Shown piece by piece: positions 12,576 to 27,200 of a stretch of DNA of 64,000 nt (within the stretch, counting starts at the first letter, position 1; each line of letters starts with the position of its first letter). A model generated the notes under the pieces. That model saw only the letters and a program-made list of their open reading frames with translations. It was not told where the DNA came from and ran no database searches. Both the position numbers and the translations under genes were made by a program. This DNA comes from Octopus vulgaris (lineage: Eukaryota): assembly GCA_951406725.2 (NCBI GenBank), contig OX597820.1, forward strand, positions 80,972,001 through 81,036,000, written 5' to 3'.

Positions 12576-13751
12576 ATACATAAACACACATATATACACA
12601 TATACACACACATATATACGCACATATACACACACATATATACACACATATACACATACACACACACACATATCTATACAGTTATGAGGGAAAATCTTGG
12701 ATCTTGTGAATTTTCCAAAGTCAACCCTCTCCACCCTCCCGTTGATTTGCGCGCATTTTTTTTTTTCCCTATTCGTTTCCTACACATTGTTTTACACCCA
12801 TTCCAGAATATATTTTTTGGGGAAATTTTCATTTCCGGGTCAAGATGTAAATAAACATTTAAATTTAATTGTTGCGTGTGTGTGTATGTGTGTGTGTGTG
12901 TTATGCTACTTCCTGAACATTAAACTATTTTTATCTATTATTGGTGTTTAGTGAAATTATTATTGCTTTATATCAATTGATTGCAAATATTTTGTGTCTT
13001 TTGTATTATAGTGGGCTTGTTGCACTGTAATAACTTTACAAGATTTGAAACAATTTGGTGTGAACATCTCGTTTCTTGTCGAATTTCCTAAAACAATCAA
13101 TTTTGTATCCTGTTGAAATATTTTGCTCTTGTAAATAGCCAAGGATATCCTTTTACTACTTCATTTCATAGACTGTATTGTACATTTCTTTTCAACATAC
13201 ATTTATTTTAATCGGTTTTATTCCTCAAGCTAGTCTCCGAAATGAAATTTACATGTTATTTTTTTAAACCCGAAATGGTTTTATTTAATTGATAGCAACC
13301 AAAGAAATGGATAATGCTTTAATTTCATGGAAACAAACGCGATGAACACTTAACTTAAGAATATTGGACTGGATGTTTTAATTTTGTTTCATATTTTATA
13401 TACCACTCAAAATATACAAGACTGCTTGAAATCGTTCTCAAAACAATATATTATTGTCTTAAGTTACAGCAAGAACTTGAAAATTGATAAAATAAGAATT
13501 TTCAACTAATTCAGAGTCGGAAGCCACTTTGACAAAGCTCCTAAAAGTGAACAACTGTGATCATACTATATCAGTGTGTTTTTATGTTTTATTTTGACAT
13601 ATAGAATCGAGAGTTAAAAAAAAAAATCATCTAATTCTATTATATATACATACAAGTATATACCCCAAAATATATACATACTTTAAACACACACACATCG
13701 AGTTAAAAGAAACAGGATATCATCTTTCTAATTTGCCATTTTATTCACATT

Positions 13752-13994
13752 ATGGGAGGCAGTTCAACCAAAATTACTCGTTCTTCCTCTTTAAGGGAAA
13801 GACGTTTTAGTCGCAAATCTTCTCGACACCGACGTACAAAAAGTGACATGCCAAATACTGATCAATTACTGACTTGTCCTGACTATATACGTCCAGCTAC
13901 AAGAGGTTCCAGTAATTTGAACAAAATCGAACGCCTACGGAATGCTGATTTACCAAGCGAACCAAACAATATACCTTATTCTTCAACGAAAAGA
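13752..13994 (+). CDS. PHF24: PHF24-like coding exon 1 (MGGSSTK N-terminus)
   Basis: ATG 13752; myristoylation-type MGxxxTK; PDYIRP motif; phase-0 donor AGA|GTTAAG (weak, so this boundary is less certain). Confidence 0.75.
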
Positions 13995-16900
13995 GTTAAG
14001 TAACAGAGTTCATTTTTATATAAATATTTTAAACTGAGAGCGAAGGAATAGGGAAAATGATTCTCACTTCAAAGTTGTAAATGAGAGTAAGAAGGATAGC
14101 CAAAACTACTAGATCAGACCTTTATATAGAGAATACTGAATAGTTACCAGCTTGTTTTGTAAACTGATAAATATTTTACTAGTTGCAAAAATCGATCAGG
14201 TGCGATTTAACCGTATTAAGCAAATGAGAGACAAATCGCCCTCGGATATGATACTAGTTTCTTGCTTGCAATATTCTGGAAAGAATTCCTGATATTCTGT
14301 TTAGGACAGTAAGGAACGTAATATATTTGTTGTAACACCTTATCTGTTTATGCCTTTATTTCTATCATCTGCCAGATGTTAATGACTGAACAAAGTTTCC
14401 TAGTGATGACCGGCTACAGATAATTAAAACTTAGAACTTCAGTGTAATGGTGAAGAATTTCGCTCTTTTGACAGATTATATATTTTTCTTCTCAGCTTGC
14501 AATAAACTTCTATTCAAGAAGTTCATTCAATGCAAAGGTGAAAGTAGAAATATCATTTTTTTCAATTATGCGATTGCATTTTTTCTCTCAGAGCAACATC
14601 TTGAAAGAGAAATAGATAAATAAATTAATTAGTGTGAGCAGGTTCAAATTAATCATTACGGTTATAAAATTATTAATTTGTATTTTGACAGAAGTGTTGC
14701 CAAATATTCTTATAATGTAATGGAACCAGTCGTTTGTTACCAATCTGTTTCCTTATAAACTAATTATAATTATTTTTTACACAGGAATGGAACCTAAGAG
14801 TTCTAGGAAAATAATAGTGTTTATGTTTTTCTTAACATAAAGTGAAATAGTTTCTGCTAGGAATCGAAACAAAGTCGTAAACTAGATTCAGAGAACTTCT
14901 TGTCATCGTTACATGTTACATTTAAACCAGGGGTTCCCGACCGTATTTTGTTTGTTGACCTCCTGAGAACTATCTTATCATCTGAGGACCCCTTATATGC
15001 ACATGTAAATTTTTAAAATAAAATATTTGTTTGTAGGTTAGTAAAAACTAACAGTGAAACAATTTCGTTATATTTATAACTAAAATTCCAAATGCAATTC
15101 TTGAAATTTCAATAAATACAGGTACTTCTCGTAAACAAAATTTATATATGGACCCACAAATTACAATTTTTTTACTCGTGGACCCTAATTGGGAACCCCT
15201 GATTTAAACCATTGGATATGAAATCTTCGAAAGCTATCGATAAATGATAGATTTTTTTAAAACATATTATGATAAGAAATCAACACGTATTTATATTTTA
15301 AATTCTCCAGGGATCTTCCGATGTCGTGTGTAGTTATTGTGGAGTGTATACGGGAAATGAAAACCAACCTTGTAAAGTCTGTGATTTAGTTTTCCACAAA
15401 ATTTGCCTCAACAAATATTATGTAGAAACATGCAATGGTACTTTGCTTGACATGGATCCTTGTCGAATGAGTGAAGAGAGCTGGACTTGCCATAACTGTG
15501 TAAGTAAAACAATTATTGACTTCACTATACTTTAGTGCTCCGACCTGTAATTTGTTTCCTCATAACCTTCTTAACCCTTGGTCTACCAGAGAAAATGTGG
15601 TAAAATTGCAGATTAACACCCGCACGATTTTCACTAAGAAAAAAAAAACTCGGATTTTTTGCGTGGAATCAAGTACCCTGACCTCCTAATATGCTGGAAA
15701 TCCCATATTTTGGTTCGGAATTGGTCCGGAGAGGAAGGGGGGTAACCCCCTCCCCGGAATTTTCACACAAAAAAGAACTCTGATTTTTTGCGTGGAATCA
15801 AGTACTGTGACCTCGTTATATGCTGTAAATCCCATATTTGGGTTTACAGCATATAACGAGGTCACAGTACTTGATTCCACGCAAAAAAATCAAGCCCCCC
15901 CACCCGTCCGAACCCAAATATGGGATTTACAGCATATTACGAGGTCACAGTACTTGATTCCACGCAAAAAATCATTTTTTTTTTTTAGTGAAAATCGTGC
16001 GGGTGTTAATCTGTAATTTTACCGAAAATGTATGTCATTAATTATCAACTGGGTCCAATGAACCCAATATTTTTCTTTTAATTAAGTTTTATTCAAACTA
16101 CCGCTATTTCTTAGCTACATTACATACGCTATCGGGTGAACAAAGAATTACTGTTTCTCACAGATTTTAACAAAAAAAGATACAGCTTATAGAATATATT
16201 ATAAACTTTTAAAATTACAAAAATACAGAATTACAGCTCTTCGTTGCTGTGAATGCTGATAACATTGGAATGTTCTTGGCAAACATTCATATTACAATTC
16301 TTACGTGTAGTACGAGTTTTCCTGTCTTTTTTGGGGGATGGGGTCACACAAAGAACATCTTCCTTTTTTTCTTTGGCTGAGGAATCTCAAATGAGGTTGA
16401 AAATCGTCTTTTCTTGTTTAATTGAGAAATGTCAGTGGAACTAGAAAATTGTTTGTTATGTTCTTGTTTAGCATTAACTCCTGCAAGTTCCTTTTCTAAC
16501 TGAATTAGGCACTGTCTTCTTTTATCCTTGAAACTTTGCAAGTGAAGCTGTTTGGCAACTATGAAAGCATTCACTGCACTTATATCAATCATGCTGTAGA
16601 ATATAACCATAGGCCATCTTCGAGTCATTCTTTTGCAAGTGTATGTCCTTACCATCTTATGTAGGGTATCTACTCCTCCTTTTGTTTTGTTATAACATGT
16701 AATAACTTTAGATTTCCTTTCAGCACTTTTTGAATCAATTGAAGGCTATGAGTGCATTATACTCATAAGTGTGACTACATAATTTTTCTAGGCTCATAGA
16801 ATCCTTTTGAAATCCAAATATTGTGCTGTTGATTTCTCATTTCTGTTTCTGAAATCACTTGGAAGTTCAACTCTGTTCTTTCTAATTGTTCCAACTAAAG

Positions 16901-19900
16901 TAGTTTTCTTGCTAAGCAGCGTTCAAGTCAATCCTAGACTTGTAAAAAAATTATCACAAGTTATATTGCGACCAGTAGTGGATAGAGGTGGTGAGAGTGG
17001 AGTGATGAATGCTGAACGAAAAGTCAAGAAAGGAGATAAAGGTGTCAGAGATAGTGCAGGAGAAGAGGAGGGCAGGATGGAAAGATTTGACTAAGGAGAG
17101 GTAGGAGTCTAGACGTTTGTGGGAGAGTGAGGTCGCACCGATACAGTTGTCTATAACGGCCATATAGTTTGGGAATGGGACCAGTGAAACTTGAGAATAT
17201 TTGGGCCTCAACATAGTCAACGAATAGGTTCATTATCCACACACCTACAAATGCACACGCACACACCAAGGTCACCAGCCCCCTTCCACATGCACATACA
17301 CGCTCTCACATACACGTGCACTTTCATTTTGGGATCACCACTACTTTATTATCCCCCCTTCTTCCTAGCTCTCCTATGTAACCCCTCTGTCCGGCATTTG
17401 CTATGATAGATTGCTAGCCACTAAACCTTTTTTATTTTCTCTCCCTGTTTATTTCTGTGTTCTTTTCTGTCGAAGAGCGTAGGTTCAAAACATAAAAGAC
17501 TTTTTCACTTCCCAAGCATTAAACTAATACATCTGTTTGTTGTTTACACACCCATCTTCGTCTTTTATGGGGTCAATAAATTAAGTAGCAGTTGTGTACT
17601 GCGGTTGACCTAAGTAGCTGTCCTCTCCCAAAAAATTTCAGGCCTTATGCCTAGAGAAAAAAGAAAAAGAATATCCACTACCTTGACTTTGTAGAGTTTA
17701 TGTAGTCTTAAGTAGTTGTTGAAATTGACTGCAAATATTTTGCTTGGGAGAAAATTGGTATCAATACAGAAGCAACAGTGAGAATCTATTATTTTACTCA
17801 TTGAACATTTCAAGTTTAAACTCTTTAATTTGTCACCTTATATTCTGGAAGGAAACTATATTTCATTATTTACCCTTTTATCTTGGTTACTGAGGTTGAT
17901 TTAATATTCCTATAAATGAAGTTTCAGAATAAATACACTAATTAGAGTAAAGTATAAAACATTAAACATATTATTAGTATCCCCATCTTGCTTCAGTATT
18001 AGTATTTTAGATTTCAAACCATTTTACTCCCTAAATACTTGATTCAAACTCCCAGTTATATTTGACACCAACAGTAAAGAAGCAGTGCCTGCAGTATTTT
18101 CAATATAAGCACTTTGATAGAAACTGTATCATTGGCTGTAGTTATTTGAATATCTGTCCTTCAGAAATTTAGAAATTCTGATTGTCTCCTTTAAATACCA
18201 AGGATTGTATCATAAGGTACTTGGATTAATTTTTGCTAAAAACTTCAGTAGAATTGTGGAGAGCAGGTAGGTACAAGTGTCTCAGATTCAACTGAACATA
18301 GTTTCTTTTTCATCAAGTTTTATCTTGGAATTACATATATTTTATCCACATCTTTCATTCAGATTTATTTTACCTAACAATTAATCTCCATCAAAAACAT
18401 TATGTTCTAGAAACAGAAAACCCAATTATAAAACTAAAAATTCAAAAGGAAAGAATGTTATCAGATATCTAAGAAGTAAATCAGATTTATAACTAACGAG
18501 TCAATTTTCTCCAAAATGAGGATAAAATTTAATTAAATATCATGGAATGAAATGCTCATAATTCAAAGAAAGCTAAATGGAAACAGCAAAAAATAAAAGA
18601 GAAGTGATTTATGGAGTTTTAATGAGCTGTTCCCCAACAAATCTTGTAATTTATGATTCTGCATCTTCTTAATAAATGTATATTCAGTGTGTGTATAAGA
18701 ATTTAAATACTGTGTATGGAAAATTATTATATAAGCAATGAAGATAAGATAAACACTTATCTGCTATATAAAATGAACAATCTTAAAGGCGGTGCTCCAG
18801 CATGGCCGCAGTCAAATGACTGAAACAAGTAAAAAAAAAAAAGAGTAATCTATGAGCACTTTATAATCCTGAACATCTTTTATAGATCCTGTTTGTTACA
18901 CACTTGCTGCAGTTTCCGAGAAGATGATGACAAAGTCTCTTTTCAAGGATGCTTTTATCTACCTTAATGTGTTTAAGTTTATTAACAAAAATAAAAGCCC
19001 GGGCCTGTTACATGATTTGGTAACATTACAGTAAACAACTCTGACTGTATGTCAAATAAATGCTAATCATTACACTGCTTATCTAATTTTAGATGTACTT
19101 GCTATGATTTCAGGGTGCCTTTGGGAAATAATAAACTGGATTGTTTTTTCTCTGCCTTTTTTAATAGTTTTAGATTAAGTTGGTGAGATGGAAAATTAAG
19201 GTTTACAATTGTTGACTTTTTAAACCTGAACCGATTTCACCAAGAACTCAAAAACAAGTCACAGACTTGAATTTCTTTCAAAATAACAAAGAGAAATTGT
19301 CCATAAGTAGCATATAACTCACTTTCTTTTTACTATATAGGAGGATCTTTTGGCTTTACTTACCATTGAGGAATATAATTCATTGATGAGGACGCTTGAA
19401 AAGTTTGGAATAAAAAAAGGTAACGCTAATTTTTGTTATAGTACCTTTTGTTTCCATTAATGGCTTCATACACACACACACACACGTGTGTGTGTGTGTG
19501 TGTGTATGTGTGCTAGCATGTGCACTGGTGCTAAAATAATGCTTTATTTACATTTCAGTACATCTATTTGAAAATTGGTATCAAAATAATGAAAGCAGGG
19601 GAGAACAAGAAAAAAAGTGTGTGTGTGTGCACATGTGTGTATGTGTGTGCACGTTTTATATCATTAAGTTTTCAGAGATAGAATCCATTTAGTTATAAGT
19701 ACTACATGGTAGTAACAATTCTGTCTGTAAACAACAGCAATTATGTAAACCTGACACCTGTTTCATCAAATTGCCATTGAATTTAGCTCCTTTTTTCTGA
19801 AAGTTAAATTCAAAGAAAGATGATGGAATTTGTGAAGTTGTTATTCTCATTACACAAAGTTTTCTGTGATGTTCTTATAACACAAGAATGTATAAAGATC

Positions 19901-22862
19901 ACTACCTTCTTCAAAACATTAATCACAGTTCTATTTCATATACAGTGTATACTATAACATTTAAAACAAATCATAAACTTTGCTAGACAGGTGCAGTTTC
20001 ACTTGCCAGGTGGGACCATTTCTTTTAATGCCCTGAGAAATGTCACGAGCATACCAACTTGCCTTAATAGCCAAGAGAAATTGAATTTTAGACATATTGT
20101 CCAAAATGTATCATACATATAGTAAAAATTCCTATTTCATATTTGTCTTAAAAACTTAGTTTCTAGATTTGCATATATTTTATGAAGCTTAAAATATTGT
20201 GGAATTTGCTACAGCAGAAAAACCAGATCTTTTCGGTTTGAACGGCAGTTTTTTATAGCGGTGTCATATGAAATTGTCACCCATAATTATGACCCTAGTA
20301 TTGATCTATTGCATTTCAATCTGTTTTAGGATTAGGGTTAGTTAGGGTTAGGGGTGGGGGGAAGGGTATCTTTTCTTCACAAATGTAAATAAACCCAATC
20401 TGTTTCTTAAACAAGGGACATATTCATACGGCACAGAATGTTTTTTTACCTCAATAGACGTCATTGATTGGTTGAAATTGCAGAAATTGAAGGAAAAAAA
20501 CAACAAATATCTTACAAACTCAAGAATTTTCTCAATAAAGCCAAGAGAAAAGATGTTTTATAAACACATTCTACCAGTATACGAAGTTTAAAATTTTTTA
20601 GTTACCTAGAAATTATGTTAAAAACTGCCGTTCAAACCGAAAAGATCCGAAAAACCTCCCACATTTTACATAATCATTAATGTGGTGCTAGTGAAGTTAG
20701 GCAAGTGATAATGGTGTCTTCATGTAGTTAATGTTTTATCATTTCTTTTTTAATTATGATCATGGCTTGAATTGGAGGATACTGATTTTTTGCTGCTGAA
20801 ATTTTATCAAGATTGGTGAATGGGAGGTATTTTTTTTTTCACACACCCTGCATTAATCAACATACAGATTGTCATTTAATATCAGAATATCATTTAAAAG
20901 TTTTAAATTAAGTGAGTAGAGATCTTTCTAAGATCTAATCTCTTCTAGTATAAAGATTTCTTTTGCTGTTTGTATATCTATACAGATTTCAGTATCTATA
21001 TCTGGATTTACTGTAAATCTTCCAGTATAGAGATTTTTATGAATATGATTAAGAGATTTTGTATTGAGTGGAAACTTCTCACTAAAAAGCAACTCTTCCT
21101 CATTTTTATGAGTACAAATAAAAAACATTTGCTATAATGACATTTAATGATTTAAAACAATAGTTTAAATTGTTAATTTGTTGTTATGCTGAATATTTTT
21201 TTTTTGTGTGTGTATTCTATGAAATAACCAATGCATGCAAACATATGTTCAGAGGCAAATTGTACAGGAATAACATTTCCAAAATTTTTACAACTTTTCG
21301 TATATGTACATAGCATATATACACACACACACTACTGTCCGAGGAATTTTCATAAGTCAGAAAAGAAGAATACATTCATATATGTATATAAGGTAATTGA
21401 GTAGGTATATTATTTATACAGTACATGCTTGCCTGTGTCATCAAAAATGCTGACAGTTTTAGCAATGATAGAAAATGGTGCAACAAAACAATAGGAGAAA
21501 TCATTGATAAATGTCAGCAATCAAATAAATATATGCATATACACAGAATTGGATTACTTGAACAATAAGATATGGTTGTAAATTCTCAGTTGAAAATAGT
21601 CTCATCAATGTAAATAAACATTGGATAAGTCAAGCCTCTATCATCTGGGCAGAAAAAGACCTTTAGAATTTGTCAGCATCATGATCTGAAATGTAAGATC
21701 TTGATAATAGAGGCTCAATTTATCCAATGTTTTGTTTACTTCCATTATGCCCTGCATATTGTGGTGAAATACCTCTACAACATATTGATGGATTTCTGAG
21801 CCTCTAGAAACAGCTGTTGGGCTTATAACAAATTACATCTTGTCCTTTAATTTTTTTCTGTCGTTCATACTATGTGTAAGTTTGAACTATTAATATAAAT
21901 ATCTATATATATACTTAAATATTCATTGTCTGCAAGTCTCCTGTCTTTGCTTTTTTTTCTCTATTTGCATCATCATCATCATCGCCGTCGTCATTTGATG
22001 TCCGAGAGTGTAGTGGATGCTTTTACATGCCACCGGAATAGGAGGCAGTCATGTAGCACTGGTATCAGCCATGCTCAAATGGTGCTTTTTACATGCCACC
22101 GGCATGGGTGTCAGTTAGGTGGAACTGGCATCAGTCACACTCAAATGGTACTTTTTACGTACCACTGGCTCAGGTGCCAGTCAGGCAGCACTGGCATTGG
22201 CCACACTTGGATTGTGCATTTTATGTGCCACAGTACAGGTGCCAGTCAGGTGAGACTGGCATTAGCCATGCTTAAATGGTGATTTTTACGCGCCTCTAGC
22301 ACAAGTGCCAGTCTTGCAGAACTGGCATTGGTTACACTTGTATGGTGCTTTTTACATGCTACTGGTACAAGTGCCAGTCAGGCAGCACTAGCATAAGCCG
22401 TGACTAAGATTTCACTTGGTTCAACAGGTCTTCATAAGCATCACATATTGCCCAACTATTGAAGGGTGCTTTTAAACGGACCAGTTTGGCCTGCTGCAGC
22501 CTCTCAAACATGGCATATCTCCGAAGGTCTCAGTCACTTGTCATTGACTCTGTAAAGCCCAATGATCGAAGGTCATGCTTCAAAACCTCATTCCATGTTT
22601 TCCTGGGTCCACAGGTTCTCTCCACTGTTTAGTGTGTGACACTTCTTCACACAACTATCCTCATCATTATGCATCACATGGCCATACCAGCACAGTCATC
22701 TCTCTTGCCCACCACATCTGATGCTTCTGATGTCCAACTTTTCTCTCAGGGTGTTTACACTCTATCGTGTGTGCACACTGACATTAATCATCCAGCTGAG
22801 CATACATATGTTGTATTCCAAACCCAATCTGTTACATTTAATTTGTTTATCCGATTAATTAC

Positions 22863-22912
<50 letters not shown>

Positions 22913-23572
22913 CAAATAATGGAGAAATTATACAAAATGTATAAATGGATGATAAGTAAAGCACTGGCACAGTTTCAATTACCTGTTGTTATCCGTAAAT
23001 TTATTCCAGGAGCTTCGTAGTGGCAGTTGGGGTAACAGTATTAATAAAATAGATGGAATGAGATTTTATTGCGTACAACACATGTTTCGACTCGTTTTAG
23101 GTCTCTTCAAGTACATCAATAAAATGTCTCACTAGAGATTTTCTGAGTCGGCTTATGTACCACTATGTGTCCATCAAATTTGAGAATGAGTAAAAAACAG
23201 ACAAAAATTATTGAAACGCAAAATATACAAATATGAACGTGAAAATTATACAATTATACATTCTAGTTTAGAGAAAATGAGCTAATGATCCTTCACTGTT
23301 GTAGCTGCTAAGAGAAAGAAAAGGATGTAGAAGTTGAAAGGAAGATGATACTTAGACGAAAATGTTTTTGTGCTCGTGCTTAGATGCACGTATACATCCA
23401 CAGATACATATATATATACGCACATATACATACACACTCACACACGCACATCCAAGTTTATGGCTGTATACATACTTATATATGTATAGGAAGTCATATA
23501 TGCAGGTACACACGTGTATATATACATAAATATATGTACATAGCATAGATAAATGTGTGCATATATTCATAC

Positions 23573-23612
<40 letters not shown>

Positions 23613-24202
23613 TGCAGGAGTGGCTGGGTGGTAAGAAGCTTGCTTCCCAGCCACATGATTTCAGGTTCAGTCCCTTTGTGTGACACCTTGGGCAGGTGTC
23701 TTCTACTATAGCCCTGCGCCAACCAAAGCCTTGTGAATGGATTCAGTAGATGGAAACTGAAAGAAGCCCATCATGTATACATATATAGTTGGAATTAACA
23801 AAAAACAAACAAAACAAAAGACGAAGACGGGTGTGTAAACAACAAACAGATGTATTAGTTTAACGCTAGGAAAGTGAGAAAGTCTTTTACGTTTCGAACC
23901 TATGCTCCTCAACAGAAAGGAACACAGAAATAAACAGAAAGAAAAAATTTTTAAAAAGGTTTAGTATGTATGTATGTGTATCTATGTGTGTGTCTTTGTA
24001 CCCCTGTTTATCACCATTTGAAAACCCATGTTGGTGTGTTTACATCCCTGTAACTTAACAGTTTGGCAAAAGGGACCAATAGAATAAGTACTAAGCTTAC
24101 AAAGAATAAGTCCTGGAGTTGATTTCTTTGACTAAAACCCTTTAAGGCAGTGCTCCAGCATGGCCACAGTCAAATGACTGAAACAAGTAAAAGAATAAAA
24201 TA

Positions 24203-24238
<36 letters not shown>

Positions 24239-27200
24239 ATGTGTATATATATATATACACATGCACATATATAATGTACTATTCCATGATGGTAAGATCT
24301 AAAAGTACTCCATCTGGTGAGAAATTAATATTATTTAATAGATACAATACATGTTATTATGTGCTGCTAATAGTTTCATATGTTCAAAGTAAATCATATT
24401 ACAATAATATTAAAGATATAATATTTCAGGATAGATTATAATGTTTCATAGTTTATTAATGTAATAGGATTTAATTTGTTTGTTACCCCTACTAACATTG
24501 AGGTCTACATTTATAATCACATGTTCTTAATGCTTTTTATATATATATAGGCACAGGAGTGGCTGTGTGGTAATTAGCTTGCTTACTAACCACATGGTTC
24601 CGGGTTCAGTCCCACTGTGTTGCACCTTGGACAAGTGTCTTCTACTATAGTCTTGGGCTGACCAAAGCCTTGTGAGTGGATTTGGTAGACGGAAACTGAA
24701 AGAAGCCTGTCGTATATATGTATATATGTGTGTGTGTGTGTTTGTGTGTCTATGTTTGTCTCCCCAACATCGCTTGACAACCGATGCTGGTGTGCTTACA
24801 GCCCCGTAACTTAGTGGTTCAGCAAAGGAGACTGATAGAATAAGTACTAGGCTTACAAAGAATAAGTCCTGGGGGTTGATTTGCTCGACTAAAGGCGGTG
24901 CTCCAGCATGGCCACAGTCAAATGACTGAAACAAGTAAAGAGAGTAAAGAGAGTTCCCTCTCAGTACCGAACTGAGAGGGAACTATATTATAATCTGTAA
25001 CAAGAAACTAATTATTCTTTGTTTTTTAGTATCCTATCATACCTATAGCTTACTAATTACACCTGTTTTAACTAAGCTGGAAATATAACTTGTTGCTATT
25101 ATGCAAAATTGTTGTAAGTCCAAAACATTGCTTTTTCTGAAAACGAAGAAATAGTTTCACCATTCCATTTCTTTTTACATTAGCAACAGTTTCAGGTTAA
25201 CAATAATACTTTGTTGGGTGCATAAAATAGTAACTCCATGCATGTGTGATATTTTGAGTCAGAAATATTTTTGCAAAACTGTCGTATGTGGGACTTACTG
25301 CGCTTTTGAAAAATGCTAAACTGTTGTACTACACTTTGACAATTTTCATCTGAAGCAGCTGGAGATACAATAGTTTGGTCCAAAAGAATTGGCTATTGCA
25401 AGCAAAATTAAATATTGGAAAAAATGCATTTTGCCAAATTTGGACATATGACAGTTTAACATAATAGCAACAAACTAAATACTAGCTGTTAATAGCTGCT
25501 GGATGATCGAAGAGGATCTAGTTTATCTTCTCTTTGCCTTTTATAAACTGCGAAACCTTATAATCTATCCTAAAATATTGCATCTTTAATATTACTGTAA
25601 TATGATTTACTTTGTTACCCCTACGAAAATTTAGGTCTTCATTTATAATTACATGTTTTTAAATGCCTTTTATACATGTAGTTTACTCTCGGTATCTGAC
25701 TACTTATACTCTGTAATAAGAAACTAATTATTCATTTTTTTGTATTTAACTCTTTGCCACTGAACCTCTAGTGGAATTGTATCTTAGATAAAAGGAATCA
25801 TCTTTCTCTTAATTGCTGAGAAAAGACTCTGGGATGTCCTTTATCGTCTCCCTACTACCAAGCCAACTAACCCCTATTAAGACTATAAATCTAAAATATA
25901 CCCCTCCATTTATGTCATATTAGCAACCCCTCCTACTAAACCACTTGAATTTATTTTATTTTGGTTATATTCTTATTCTGTAATAAGTGCTGACTAAAAA
26001 AATCACAAAATATGTATTTGCCAAGGATTAAAAAGTTTTTTTAGATGTCCTTGATTGTAAAATTCATGTATTCATTTGAAGAAAATAGTTTTTTATAATG
26101 ATATAATGTACTCATTGATCAATTAAAGAGTTCAGTAGAAATGGCTGTAATGAATTGACACCTATCCATCAATTGTAATTTATATATTTCTAATTCACCT
26201 GTCTTGGAACCTATTTCTTTATTACCCACAAGGAGCTAAACATAGAGGGGACAAACAAGGACAGACATAGGTATTAACTCGATTACATCGACCCCAGTGA
26301 GTAACTGGTACTTAATTTATCGACCCCGAAAGGATGAAAGGCAAAGTCGACCTCGGCGGAATTTGATCTCACAACGTAGCAGCAGACAAAATACCACTAA
26401 GCATTTTGCCTGGTGCGCTAACATTTCTGCCAGCTCGCCGCCTATCTTGGAACCTGCCCCTTACATGAGCCAAAGTATATTATGGACCATATATTTAATA
26501 ATATGGGCATTTCTGAATAGTTCAAGAGCTGATGATATACTCAGTTATGTTCAATTAATTATGTATGTTATTACCTGAATAACAATTTCCCAGTACTTCT
26601 GTACCAATGTTGGTATTCGTCTGTAATTATTGTGTATGCATTTCATTCTGACCTAACCAGCTGCCTTACCTTTAAGTATCTTATTCAAAAGAATCTTGAT
26701 GTATTGTGAGTGCATGTGTGTGTGTGTGTGTTTGTGTGTGTGTCTGTATGTATGTATGTATGTGTATGTATATATAATGTGTGTGTATGTATATATGTGT
26801 GTGTGTGTAAGAAAGGTGAGAGTAAGAGTGAGTTTACAACCATTTGTGTACCATGATAAGGAAAATATATATTCATATCTTTGCCTCATTGCCAATGGTA
26901 GACATCATCAGAATGAAGAAGTCAGAGGTAGAGAAAAGAGCAAAAGATAGAGGGATACATTGGAAAAGGAAATGAACAAAGGTTCGAAAGTCTTACATTA
27001 TAGTTAGGTTCACAGTTCGTTAAGTCCATAGTGAGGTGGAAGAAGAATAGAAGTTAGTTGAATCTGTGGTCTCATGGTTATTTAATAGCATGGCTTTCAC
27101 ATGTCTGTGACTTCTGCTGCATGACAACACCCACTCTCGCATCGCCAATATGACCAAGGAAGCCATTAAAAAGCATGGCTGGGAAGTGCTGCCACACCTG

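Noticed and set aside
11538-12951. YI/HT-repeat ORFs
   Set aside because: (TA)n and (CA)n microsatellite translations
13995-14003. Alternative donor AA|GTAACA at 14000, or a stand-alone 83-aa protein
   Set aside because: A phase-2 donor is incompatible with the phase-0 acceptor at 15311, and homology continues into the PHD exon; a missed micro-exon cannot be excluded
22016-22400. CRISPR-like repeat-spacer array
   Set aside because: Eukaryotic context, whole units are homologous (no unique spacers) and there are no cas genes
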